Source of the DNA: a virus
Taxonomy: Duplodnaviria > Caudoviricetes
IMG/VR virus record: IMGVR_UViG_2713896750_000003
Coordinates: 39,170 to 103,169 of that record
DNA length: 64,000 nt
Direction: 5' to 3' (one strand)
In this document: positions 1 to 9,032 of the stretch, one piece after another
How the letters are laid out: each line of letters starts with the position of its first letter
Position numbering within the stretch: position 1 is the first letter of the stretch
Made by a program: the position numbers and the translations under genes
The notes under the pieces: generated by a model
Told to the model about the DNA's origin: nothing
The model's database searches: none
What the model saw: only the letters and a program-made list of their open reading frames with translations

Positions 1-1263
1 TCGGCCAATCAACTGATCTCGATTCTTCCAAAAATCAAAGCGCTGATGCTCCTTGAGACCGGATGAAACTCGGACTTCTACCCCGTTATAGTCAACAACT
101 AGAGCGCCAAGAACATGTTCAAATTTGGTATCTCTTTCACCGTTCTCAAACCCGACAATCTTTAAATCTTCGGTTATTTCACCTTTCAACTTGAGAAAGT
201 TGGCATTGCGTTTTCTTTGGTATCGGCAGTTACGAGGCTTAATGATAATGCCCTCCTCACCACTGTCATAAAAGTAATCAAACAACGCCTGTACCGATTC
301 GTCATTTTCCACCTCATACTGTTCATTAAGACGCACTGAGCGAAATTTCGCGTAGTGACCGTCCTTGACAGAAACGCCTTTGATGTTAGGGTCGTCGGGC
401 AAAATAAGATCACAACCAGCTCGAACAAAAAGAGCCTGAAAGCGCTTACGACGTTTAGGCGAAATATCGGCTTTTTTGCCGTTCTTTTCCCAGAACTCAT
501 CGTGAGTTAAAAAGTCAAACACTCGAAAGACCGCATCCTCAATCTGAACATCTTTTCGGTGAATGTCTCCTGAGGTCTTATTAAACTCTCCAGACATGAT
601 TTCACCATCCATGTAAAACGTCCCCACTGTTTCTGGCAGAGCTAGGCGAACCAGGCTCAAAACATCCTTCTCAATTTTTTTGAACATGGGGAACACATTG
701 CCTTCGCGTGAGCGCATGATCACTCTGTCATGCTTCATATCAATTTCGGCAGCGCATCGAACACCGTCATACTTAACTTCTGCATCAACGGGCCATTGTT
801 TAACATGTTTAGGGGAATAACTTTTGGCTAGCTGAACCTCAAAAAGCCAAATAATGTCTTCCCATACAGCATTAAGTGTTTTTGCAGAAAAAGACCCTCG
901 TAAATCTTTAACCAGAATGCGTTTAAGAAGCTCCCAAGAGTCCTCACAATGACGCTCACGTAACTCTGAGATAGCGCTGAAGGCTGCTTTACCCGTCAGC
1001 TCACGCGATGAGAGCTTATCCAGTAGCGCTTTTGCGTTTTCCCAGATCAAAGCTGAGCTACCAATACCGGAAGATTTTTCAATTTGCGTAATTGTCTTTT
1101 TGCCGATATTAAACGTGATATGAGGATCAAGCGCGTAACACAGCATAGGCTTCCAAGCCGTGTCAGGGTCGGGGAAAGAAGCAAGAACGACTTCTTTCGC
1201 CTTTCCTTTTGCTGAGGCTACTTGGTTAACTTGATCGAGTAACAGAGGAAATGATTGAGGCAT
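1..1263 (-). CDS. lig: ATP-dependent DNA ligase (3' end runs off the window; missing from the ORF track)
   Basis: Manual translation from ATG at 1263: MPQSFPLLLDQVNQVASAKG...LSSRELTGKAA...KRILVKDLRG...EVKYDGVRC (motif I KxDGxR)...GLKEHQRFDFWKNRDQLIGR; frame appears open to position 1. Confidence 0.92.
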   Translation of the reverse strand, partial: MPQSFPLLLDQVNQVASAKGKAKEVVLASFPDPDTAWKPMLCYALDPHITFNIGKKTITQIEKSSGIGSSALIWENAKALLDKLSSRELTGKAAFSAISELRERHCEDSWELLKRILVKDLRGSFSAKTLNAVWEDIIWLFEVQLAKSYSPKHVKQWPVDAEVKYDGVRCAAEIDMKHDRVIMRSREGNVFPMFKKIEKDVLSLVRLALPETVGTFYMDGEIMSGEFNKTSGDIHRKDVQIEDAVFRVFDFLTHDEFWEKNGKKADISPKRRKRFQALFVRAGCDLILPDDPNIKGVSVKDGHYAKFRSVRLNEQYEVENDESVQALFDYFYDSGEEGIIIKPRNCRYQRKRNANFLKLKGEITEDLKIVGFENGERDTKFEHVLGALVVDYNGVEVRVSSGLKEHQRFDFWKNRDQLIGR

Positions 1264-1322
1264 TGTTGTTCTCCATCTAATAATATCATTTAACACTTTG
1301 TGACGCGGTAACTTTGATCACT

Positions 1323-1907
1323 CTATTTGCTAGCCATTAGGCGAGCTCTCTCTAAGATGCTCATTCCTTTCAGTGAAGGAGGCGTTTTGGGTTTGGACTT
1401 CTTGTGACTCTTTACTGCCTCATCAACAGCATCTGACAAGCTAGGCGTCGATACACCAAATACCGCCGACTTCTTTTTGGCTACTGGGGCCGATTTTCTC
1501 GGGGCGACTGGCGACTTCGATTTTGCTCTTTCTCGTTCTTCAACTTGATTCCATCCGCGCATGTAGCTAGGCGACTCTGGTTTGCTAGGAGTGGTGACGA
1601 CGCTCGGCATCTTCTTCTCTGTAGGTGAGTCAAGATTCACCACCTTGATTTCGCGAGCCTTGTAAAACAGCGCTCGACCAGCCTCTTGTTCTTTCTTTTG
1701 ATATTTGAGCGCCTCGCAAAGACCACGCCCTATAAGTGAAAAACAGTCGGATGAATCGTTAAGCTTTTCCTTGTTAAAGGCGTTGATAGTAAACAGACAC
1801 ACACCGTAATTTGTGCGTCGGTTAAGTGACGGGCAGTAAAGGTAGCAAGAATTCTTTCCGCTCATGCTGGTTTCAACGGGAAGAACCTCTGTTGTGACAA
1901 TATCCAT
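1323..1907 (-). CDS. hypothetical protein with Cys-rich N-terminal domain and basic low-complexity C-terminus
   Basis: 194-aa ORF with GAGG RBS, co-oriented in the replication operon; YLYC...YGVC...C...C pattern. Confidence 0.75.
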   Translation of the reverse strand: MDIVTTEVLPVETSMSGKNSCYLYCPSLNRRTNYGVCLFTINAFNKEKLNDSSDCFSLIGRGLCEALKYQKKEQEAGRALFYKAREIKVVNLDSPTEKKMPSVVTTPSKPESPSYMRGWNQVEERERAKSKSPVAPRKSAPVAKKKSAVFGVSTPSLSDAVDEAVKSHKKSKPKTPPSLKGMSILERARLMASK

Positions 1908-1996
1908 ACTCGACCTCTAAAGATATAACAAGTTAGTATTAAGTACTTAGTTAGTTTATACAGCGAACGAAGGCATGAAAATATCAGCCATAGAGA

Positions 1997-2515
1997 TCAA
2001 AACATTCCCCAGCTTGCGCCCGCAAATTCCGCAGTGCTCTTTCCAACCCCTGCTTCTCGCTCTATCTTTGAAAAGTCACTTGCCTCCTCTAATTGACGCT
2101 CCATCTTTTCCTCAAAGCTCATCCCCTCTAGCTCCGAAGCCTCAGCCACGCTCGTCTCGAACCTATTTCTTAGCTTTTTGATGTTAGCGATCGTGAATCG
2201 GTACTCTGAGCCTGACATCCATCGCTCTAGCTTACTTAGATCGCCAAACTCCTCCATGACTTTAAGTGTCTCTACTCGATTACGATTAATCTTCTTGTTC
2301 TGAATTTCCTGCCACGCTCTCATCGCTTCATCATGAGACTCGTAGCGGTCAGCCGTCATACGATGTGCATTTGTTTTACTGTTCATGCGCCAATTTCTGA
2401 CGTGATAGTAAATCTTGCTTGCACCTTTCTGAATGGTAAAAACCAGGTTCACATAGTTTCTGAGGCTGCTGTCGTTCTTATCACGCAATACGCTGCCAGT
2501 AACCAGTACATTCAT
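1997..2515 (-). CDS. hypothetical protein
   Basis: ORF; start at 2515 gives a TGATG overlap with the upstream stop. Confidence 0.7.
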   Translation of the reverse strand: MNVLVTGSVLRDKNDSSLRNYVNLVFTIQKGASKIYYHVRNWRMNSKTNAHRMTADRYESHDEAMRAWQEIQNKKINRNRVETLKVMEEFGDLSKLERWMSGSEYRFTIANIKKLRNRFETSVAEASELEGMSFEEKMERQLEEASDFSKIEREAGVGKSTAEFAGASWGMF

Positions 2516-3264
2516 CAAAATAACCCCCATGACTTTTCATTCATCAATCTGGACTCACATATCAGATCGCCCAATTCTTTGTCGATTTCATTCTCAGATT
2601 CATCTTCTTCAGACTCATCCACTTTAAAAAACTTCCACTCACCTGCGACATGCTCACTGTATCTGGTGTGCTCACCCCCTTTTGAGCTTCCCCACTCACC
2701 TAAACTTTCATCCAAATGAGCAAAATGGTCTGTTTCCGTAAAATGACCCGCGCACATAATTGTGATTGGCTTTACCACTAAGTCGTTAAATTGAGAGCCG
2801 CTCAAACCTAACTTTTCTCTAAGGCGCGCGAGGCTATCTAGCTTCATCATGGTTGAGATGTCCTTAAAGAAGAATTCAGCTATCTCAGATGCCTTTTTTG
2901 TTCGGACATCAACCTCATCTATCTCAAGCTTGGTCGTAGACGACGTTTCGCCCCTCAAACTATCCATTAATGATGGAAGCCCTTTAGGAATAATGAATTT
3001 TGAGCCGATGAGCTTCTTATCCCAGAACCGAGATTGCTCGTCTAGCCAATCAAAAGCTGGAATATCACCAACCTCGACACAAAACGGAATTTCACATCTA
3101 TCTTCCTGAAAAACACTGAGCTTCCCATCAGTAACACTCTGAATAGCAATGAGAGTTGCGCCTGTTAACCCAACTGATTTTTTCTTGCCAATATGAAAAA
3201 CGATGAGATTCCTGTTGGCATCAATTGCGTAACTTTTACCTACCAGTTTGACTAAGTTTTTCAT
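2515..3264 (-). CDS. hypothetical protein with acidic C-terminus
   Basis: 249-aa ORF in operon context. Confidence 0.7.
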   Translation of the reverse strand: MKNLVKLVGKSYAIDANRNLIVFHIGKKKSVGLTGATLIAIQSVTDGKLSVFQEDRCEIPFCVEVGDIPAFDWLDEQSRFWDKKLIGSKFIIPKGLPSLMDSLRGETSSTTKLEIDEVDVRTKKASEIAEFFFKDISTMMKLDSLARLREKLGLSGSQFNDLVVKPITIMCAGHFTETDHFAHLDESLGEWGSSKGGEHTRYSEHVAGEWKFFKVDESEEDESENEIDKELGDLICESRLMNEKSWGLF

Positions 3265-3322
3265 AAAAAATGATCTCTGATCTCAATGTGCAAATTATCT
3301 CTCGATATCGCAGGGGTATCTA

Positions 3323-4423
3323 TCAAGACCTACGGTCTAGTATCGCCTTCATAAGTTTTGAACTGGTTGGGGAAGTGGCTTGGTAGTAAGCCTTTCTAAC
3401 GACACTCGGCTCAACCTCGTTTGGATCTTTGTCTTTTGGCAAAATAGCCACCTTTGCGTCTAATCCAAGAGACAGAATCAACTTTGCAGCCTTAGCTGCG
3501 TCCTTTAACGCTGAAGCTTCACCGTCCCACATTAGCACTACACGTTTTAGCCCTAAGCTTCGCATCTTAGCTAGCGTGCCGAGTTGGTCGTCTCCATTCT
3601 CGCTGCCGTGTGACAGATTTTTACCGAAAGACCCAACTTGACCTATTCTTCTCAACGCCACATCCTCATCGAATGCTATCTTTGTGGCCATAACGTCAAA
3701 CGCACCCTCACAAATTACAATTTCTTCATATCCGGTCACATTAAACGCGTTATAAAGAAATCTCGCCGTTCCGGGCAAACCATTCGGGAACAGATATTTT
3801 CTATCGCTTATCCCGACGATATCGCGACCCTGAAAAGTGACGATGTCACCATTTAAATCAAATACGGGAATGATTATTCTCTTATCGTAGTTCTGCCATC
3901 GTCTCTTACCTTCATGGTCGTAATAGATGTATTGACCTTTATGGCAGTAGCGTAGATGAAAGAACTTGGCTATGTCCGGCGTAATCCCTCGTTCAGTAAG
4001 ATACTTGGGAATGGTGCCCTTGTAAGGAAGTTCAACACTGTCAGGTAGTTCCACTTCATCTGTCACATACTCGACTGACTTTGATGTTCTTCGCTTCGCT
4101 ATCCATCCTTGTTCTTTTGCATACACCTTTAACTTCTCGATAGTTTCAGCCGAATCCGTCTGCCAAAGATGCCGAGAGAAAGAGAACAGATTGTAGCCGG
4201 GCTCTCCAACACAAGAGCCATGAAAGCAGTTTCCAAGCCCCGTTTCTGCGTTAAGATAAACCTTCCAACCAGTACCTCCGCATCTTGGGCACTCTTTTAG
4301 GTTCAACTGAGAGCCGCTAGAGCCAAACGTTCTCTTGTAGGTTATTCCCTCATAATCAAGGAAAGTCTCTGGATCGATGTAGTCTAGAAGCTCCTTGATA
4401 TCTAAATCACCGTGTCTTGCCAT
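3323..4423 (-). CDS. DNA primase (Zn-binding plus TOPRIM, DnaG-like)
   Basis: CPRC...CFHGSC zinc ribbon, RIIIPVFD..G.IVTFQGR, TOPRIM ICEGAFD, MWDGE, KDPNE. Confidence 0.92.
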   Translation of the reverse strand: MARHGDLDIKELLDYIDPETFLDYEGITYKRTFGSSGSQLNLKECPRCGGTGWKVYLNAETGLGNCFHGSCVGEPGYNLFSFSRHLWQTDSAETIEKLKVYAKEQGWIAKRRTSKSVEYVTDEVELPDSVELPYKGTIPKYLTERGITPDIAKFFHLRYCHKGQYIYYDHEGKRRWQNYDKRIIIPVFDLNGDIVTFQGRDIVGISDRKYLFPNGLPGTARFLYNAFNVTGYEEIVICEGAFDVMATKIAFDEDVALRRIGQVGSFGKNLSHGSENGDDQLGTLAKMRSLGLKRVVLMWDGEASALKDAAKAAKLILSLGLDAKVAILPKDKDPNEVEPSVVRKAYYQATSPTSSKLMKAILDRRS

Positions 4424-4516
4424 TCGTCAAATGCTCTATTTGGGATATTCAAAATTTTTCTGATCCGATAACAAAGATGGGTCTTATAAAATGGATACTT
4501 TTCTCGACTCACTCTT

Positions 4517-4807
4517 TTAATAGCCGTATCGATCAAAGTGCCCTGCTTCCCAGGCGTGGAATGCCAGATAAGCTGTGGATTGATATGGGTTCTTTTCTCC
4601 TGCATTTGCGCCGTACCCCTGCAAGTAAAAATGCCTTACCTTGCCATCCAAATCTAAGCTTCGGATGAAATCAGTTTTTTGTTTTTCCTTTGCGCGCTTT
4701 ACTTGAGTTCGAGAGACGGGCTTTGAAGCCCGTCCGCTCTTGATCTTTTTCTTCTTTGCCATACTGGGCTCGATAAAGCGCAGGAATGGGTCAGAATCAA
4801 ACATCAT
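4517..4807 (-). CDS. small protein with C-terminal RMF/CrpP-like motif
   Basis: YLQGYGANAGEKNPYQS...HAWEAGH resembles the ribosome modulation factor pattern (GY.A...CPY...W..GW); ATGA overlap with the helicase stop. Confidence 0.55.
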   Translation of the reverse strand: MMFDSDPFLRFIEPSMAKKKKIKSGRASKPVSRTQVKRAKEKQKTDFIRSLDLDGKVRHFYLQGYGANAGEKNPYQSTAYLAFHAWEAGHFDRYGY

Positions 4808-6162
4808 TCGTAACCAATGACCTCCGTAAGTGCGTGGCCGCGAGAAAGGTCTCGTTTGATTCGCATCGTAAATTCGCCTTTTTGGTTACGCGATGCAGCA
4901 AAGAACAAACGAGCTTCACCTTTAGCCATTTCTTCTTCGGTTGCGTTAATAGAGATGACCAAGTCAGCCGTTCGGATTTTGTTAAAGTCCTCTGCGGCGT
5001 GCTCTGCCTTAGCTGTAACTGACTTGTGCCCCTCACGGTTTGTTTGTGTGGCGGAAAGAATAGCCAACTCCTCACGTTGAGCGATCGCTCGGGTGTCTAC
5101 CCATATTGTCCGTGAGTTTTCGATCTCGTTTGGCGTCCACTTGTTTGGCGCCATAATGTCTAGATAGTCAATAATGACAGCATCGAACTTGATACCCTGC
5201 GCCTTGTAGCTCTCAATCAGATTTTCAAGATCAAGCGGTCTGAAGGTGCCGGATGGATACTCATGAAGTAGATATTTCCCCACCTTGCCACTCTCTGCTT
5301 TTTCAGAGACGGCTCTTCTAACATCAAGAATATGCGAACTAATGGCGTCAATTTCAGTGTCCGCTACAGATGCATCGAGACGCTCAGAAAGCACCTCTTT
5401 TGATACCTCAAGAGTCACCCCGAGCACATTCTTGCCCTGTAAAGAAATAAGCTTACCGAAGTCCCATAGAGAAAAGCTTTTACCTCTTTTCGCGCCAGCA
5501 AGTAGTACCGAAAGCTCTTTGATGCCCCAACCTTTATGAAACAGGACTTTGTCAAGCGCAGGTATACCAGTGCTAATCCCATTCGGCTTGATTTTCCCCG
5601 ACTTAACATCAACTCGATATTTGGTTCGAGAGTCGATTTCAGTCCAGTAATCATAAGGCGCTGAGTCAGCGTGCGGCCCAACCTGAAACGCCTTAGTAAT
5701 CAGCTCTTCCGCCTTGTCCATGTTGTGTCGCTCTATGGCGTCTACAGCATCGAAAATGGCTTTTTGAACTGCCTGATGTCGGGCAAAATCACCAACCTGA
5801 TCGATAACATAATCTCTAGCTGATATGTCGGTTGAAAATATTGCCTTTATCTTGTCCCGACACTCCTCAACCATATCCTTGCGAATTCGACCCTTCTTAA
5901 TTTCGTCTTTGAACAAGGTAACAATCACACTGGATTCGCTTGGAACATGTTTGTACTTTTCGTAGTATCGGATTGCCATATCGACAATGGCCGCATCAGC
6001 CCTGCTGTCAAAGTAATTTGGTTTTAGCAATCCCTCCGTTCGACGAGCGAATACGGAGTCACGAACCTGTAAGGCTACAATCTTCTCTTGGAACTCCGGA
6101 TCAAAGTCGACAAATTTTACCGACTCTTCCTTATCAATCTCTGTCTCTAGTACTGACGACAT
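4804..6162 (-). CDS. dnaB: replicative DNA helicase, DnaB/SF4
   Basis: ISTGIPALD, Walker A AGAKRGKS, TLEVS, IIDYLDIM, ATQTNR, ADLVI, ASRN. Confidence 0.93.
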   Translation of the reverse strand: MSSVLETEIDKEESVKFVDFDPEFQEKIVALQVRDSVFARRTEGLLKPNYFDSRADAAIVDMAIRYYEKYKHVPSESSVIVTLFKDEIKKGRIRKDMVEECRDKIKAIFSTDISARDYVIDQVGDFARHQAVQKAIFDAVDAIERHNMDKAEELITKAFQVGPHADSAPYDYWTEIDSRTKYRVDVKSGKIKPNGISTGIPALDKVLFHKGWGIKELSVLLAGAKRGKSFSLWDFGKLISLQGKNVLGVTLEVSKEVLSERLDASVADTEIDAISSHILDVRRAVSEKAESGKVGKYLLHEYPSGTFRPLDLENLIESYKAQGIKFDAVIIDYLDIMAPNKWTPNEIENSRTIWVDTRAIAQREELAILSATQTNREGHKSVTAKAEHAAEDFNKIRTADLVISINATEEEMAKGEARLFFAASRNQKGEFTMRIKRDLSRGHALTEVIGYE

Positions 6163-6183
6163 GGGATAACCTCTAAATTACAA

Positions 6184-6465
6184 TTACGCTGCCACTCGCG
6201 CATGCTCTGAAACTGTGAAGCTATTAATGCTGTGCTTAAAAAGAACGATATCCTCACCAGAGCTTTTCTCTTTAACGATCACTGAGAACTTATCAAAACC
6301 AACTACAACGCCATAAACGCGACCATCAGTTGTATTGAAGCGCATCTGATGACCTTCTCGCTTGGCTCGAATCAGTCGCATTTCGTGCGCATCAAGCTTG
6401 CGATTCTGCTGCCCTTTTTTCTTGTGTTCGAAAGGTTTGCGATGAGTGTTATTAGAAGTTTGCAT
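6184..6465 (-). CDS. hfq: Hfq-like (Sm/LSm) RNA-binding protein
   Basis: GRVYGVVVGFDKFSVIV (Sm1) and IVLFKHSINSF (Sm2; compare E. coli Hfq FDQFVILL...MVYKHAISTV); CAGGAG RBS before ATG 6465. Confidence 0.75.
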   Translation of the reverse strand: MQTSNNTHRKPFEHKKKGQQNRKLDAHEMRLIRAKREGHQMRFNTTDGRVYGVVVGFDKFSVIVKEKSSGEDIVLFKHSINSFTVSEHARVAA

Positions 6466-6524
6466 CGTTTTCTCCTGTGCGATTAACTTATGAATCAAAT
6501 GATATTTGTTAGTTATAGGTAAGT

Positions 6525-7280
6525 CTATACTAAGTGCTTACTTAACCTTTGGGCCGATAAAATAACCGAATCTCTAAATTTAGAACGCATCATCTGTGAA
6601 GGGATTACAGGGTTTTTAAAGCCGTACTGTGCCAAAGCGAATTCTGGATTTACTCTTGCATTAATTTGCTCGCATACCCAACTGGCGTGATCGAATTGAG
6701 AGGGGTGCCCTGACCAATTTTTCAAGCTATAAAAAGGATTAGTGGCGACAAACATCTTTTGCGTTGCCAAATCCGCCCATCTGTCGATGATGGCATTGAG
6801 GATCTCTTGAGAGTAAAGCTGAGCTGGATTTGGTGTTCTTTGCCAAATGCGGCCAATAGCGGCTTTCATTCCGCTCATACAGAACACATCATATGGGATT
6901 CCGTACTCATCGGCCTTCTGACGTGCCTTCCAAACCATAGTACAGTTGCGATAAGCAGCAATAACGCCAGTTTTCTTTTCGCGATTCAGTACATGTTGAG
7001 GCTTACCGAGAGGGTCTTTCTTTGGAAGAAACGAACGAGGGTTGTCCCCTTCAGCCTGCTCATAATCAACATGGAGGCGAAGCATGTAGCGATAAGCTTC
7101 CTCATAGAAATGAGCAAAGAGATACGTTCGAGTCGTAGGATGAAGAAGTCGATAGTCGAACCACGCAGTGGTTGCCAGATTTGCCTCTTTCTTTAGCAAA
7201 GACGCGCTCACTCTATCTAGCGCAATCTTATCACATTCCGTCTCGCTTAGTTCCGCACCTTTGAAGTTCTCAATCATCAT
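6525..7280 (-). CDS. hypothetical protein, first gene of the replication operon (start uncertain, ORF extends to 7313)
   Basis: ~250-aa ORF; position suggests a replication initiator/loader role (inference only). Confidence 0.7.
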   Translation of the reverse strand: MMIENFKGAELSETECDKIALDRVSASLLKKEANLATTAWFDYRLLHPTTRTYLFAHFYEEAYRYMLRLHVDYEQAEGDNPRSFLPKKDPLGKPQHVLNREKKTGVIAAYRNCTMVWKARQKADEYGIPYDVFCMSGMKAAIGRIWQRTPNPAQLYSQEILNAIIDRWADLATQKMFVATNPFYSLKNWSGHPSQFDHASWVCEQINARVNPEFALAQYGFKNPVIPSQMMRSKFRDSVILSAQRLSKHLV

Positions 7281-7379
7281 CACTTTAGGCTCGCGCTCTA
7301 CATAATATAACAAAACAATAATAAGTATTTACTTAATCTTATATTATATTAGTAGAGAGCGCAAAAAGTGATGACGGAT
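7277..7379. promoter_or_regulatory. bipartite inverted element copy 1 (TCATCACTTT...AT-rich...AAAGTGATGACGG)
   Basis: Arms at 7277-7286 and 7365-7374; same architecture at 41416-41518 and 62123-62211. Confidence 0.6.
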
Positions 7380-7419
7380 GTTTAACGGGATACCTTCGGA
7401 ACTTTTTGCGCTCTTTTTT

Positions 7420-7725
7420 TTACTTAATGCGAGAAGGCTCTCGTCGGACAGTGAGATCGCCGCGGTCCAATCTATCGACCAATAGCGACAGCGTTTTGTC
7501 CAACTTTCCCATCGTGTCGGCCATCTTTGAGTAATTTTCCTTACTTTCAGCCATGTCTCGACGGAGCAAGTTGTACTCGGATTGGCGAGATTTTTCTTCA
7601 TTGGCAATCCGCTGGTCAAGCAGAGCAACTTTAGTATTAGTATCCAGAACCCACCCGCCCATGAAAATGACTAAGGCAGTTAGAATTCCAACGATTACAT
7701 TTTGAATTGTTAATCTTCCAGCCAC
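7420..7725 (-). CDS. single-TM plus coiled-coil membrane protein, holin-like
   Basis: N-terminal TM VIVGILTALVIFMGGWVL followed by heptad coil; AGGAGG RBS, GTG start. Confidence 0.6.
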   Translation of the reverse strand: MAGRLTIQNVIVGILTALVIFMGGWVLDTNTKVALLDQRIANEEKSRQSEYNLLRRDMAESKENYSKMADTMGKLDKTLSLLVDRLDRGDLTVRREPSRIK

Positions 7726-7805
7726 AGCTTTCCTCCTAACGGTTAAGCAATGACAAGAATATCATGTGGGGAGAAGGTTGGACATATAAGGTTAAGTGAT
7801 TACTT

Positions 7806-7835
7806 AAAAACAAAGCCCCAAAAATGGGGCTTTGT
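7806..7835 (-). terminator. intrinsic terminator ending the tail-fibre/GT/radical SAM transcript
   Basis: ACAAAGCCCCA-AAAA-TGGGGCTTTGT hairpin with a T-run on the minus strand. Confidence 0.8.
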
Positions 7836-7847
7836 GATTAATTAGGC

Positions 7848-8006
7848 TTATTTTTCGCATCCTGGTCGATTAAGATCCGCCATACCCGGCTGCTCTATCG
7901 TGTGACAAGGAATGCCATCATAAGTGTTTAACTTATCCCCTTTTACTGCACAGCCTGACATAAACATTGTCGCGGCGATAACAGTGATAGTTAGTAACTT
8001 TTTCAT
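7848..8006 (-). CDS. small lipoprotein (possible Cor-like superinfection exclusion)
   Basis: MKKLLTITVIAATMFMSG-C signal II/lipobox, 52 aa, two further Cys; GAGGAG RBS. Confidence 0.75.
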   Translation of the reverse strand: MKKLLTITVIAATMFMSGCAVKGDKLNTYDGIPCHTIEQPGMADLNRPGCEK

Positions 8007-8097
8007 TGTTTTCTCCTCGTTGTTGTCAATGTGAGATAAATTTAAAATCTGATTACTGGACTTAAAAGCTCGCTCCTTGGCTGCGTTCACTAACTTA

Positions 8098-9024
8098 TTA
8101 AGTCGATAGCGACTTCGCTCTCCTCATGAACAAATCAAACATCTCTTTGTTCTTTTCAGTTTCGATACTGACCCAGCTATCCCCTAATCGCGCTTGAATC
8201 GCATCACAATGCGTCCAAAAGCTTTCAGTGTGCATTTGTGACGCAATAAGAGAGAGGCGGGCTACATCGTTCATCCAGGGCTTGGCTTGTCCGTGAAAGT
8301 GCTGAATAACGGCCTCTCCCATTGCCATGTTTGCCTCAAGTCTCTGATTCAGAGTCATCCATTGGCAATATGACTGATCAACCATGTAATTAAAGGTGTC
8401 GGGCAACAGCGTAATCTGACCGTCAAACACATGATTGATGTAATCTTGATCGGTTAGAACAAAATTCATGCTGTCCGCGAGGGCGTCATGATTCGGTAGC
8501 TCAGAAATCTTGGCCATGTCAAAGACCATCACACCTGAGTTCACATAATTGATAGGGTCGCTGCACAAATCACTTCTGCGTTCGAATTCATCATTGAGAT
8601 GAGGGGGAAGTGGCTTGCCCGGCGGCCACCGTCTAGCAGGTATATCTGGCGCTGCAGCCACGAGTTTACCCTTAAGATCAAAATTAAGTAGCTCGGCAGG
8701 GTCTTTGTTAACGATGGTGTCGACATCAAAATACACCACTCTGTCGTACTTGCCGATAAAGTGATGTAAAGCGAATATTTTCAGACTCATGCCATAGAAA
8801 AAAGAGTCTGGGAAATGCGTGTTGTTTTCTCTTTGAGTTCTGTCTGTTAAAAGAATCTCTGTAATGCTTGGGTACTCTTGCTTCAGTTCGGCGATCAGAC
8901 TTTCATCATCTACAAACCAGTAAAAGTCTACCTCATTAGTGCCTTTAGCTTCCCAAGAACTCATAAAAATATGGCCGAGCGGTACGTGTTGTTCGTTCGT
9001 ACAGATATACACTGCCGTTTTCAT
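8098..9024 (-). CDS. glycosyltransferase family 8
   Basis: RVVYFDVDTIV (DxD), YVNSGVMVFD, DQDYIN, HFHGQAKPW are canonical GT8 motifs. Confidence 0.9.
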   Translation of the reverse strand: MKTAVYICTNEQHVPLGHIFMSSWEAKGTNEVDFYWFVDDESLIAELKQEYPSITEILLTDRTQRENNTHFPDSFFYGMSLKIFALHHFIGKYDRVVYFDVDTIVNKDPAELLNFDLKGKLVAAAPDIPARRWPPGKPLPPHLNDEFERRSDLCSDPINYVNSGVMVFDMAKISELPNHDALADSMNFVLTDQDYINHVFDGQITLLPDTFNYMVDQSYCQWMTLNQRLEANMAMGEAVIQHFHGQAKPWMNDVARLSLIASQMHTESFWTHCDAIQARLGDSWVSIETEKNKEMFDLFMRRAKSLST

Positions 9025-9032
9025 GATATCTC

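Noticed and set aside
186-500. 104-aa ORF in the track
   Set aside because: Out-of-frame shadow inside the DNA ligase gene (1-1263)
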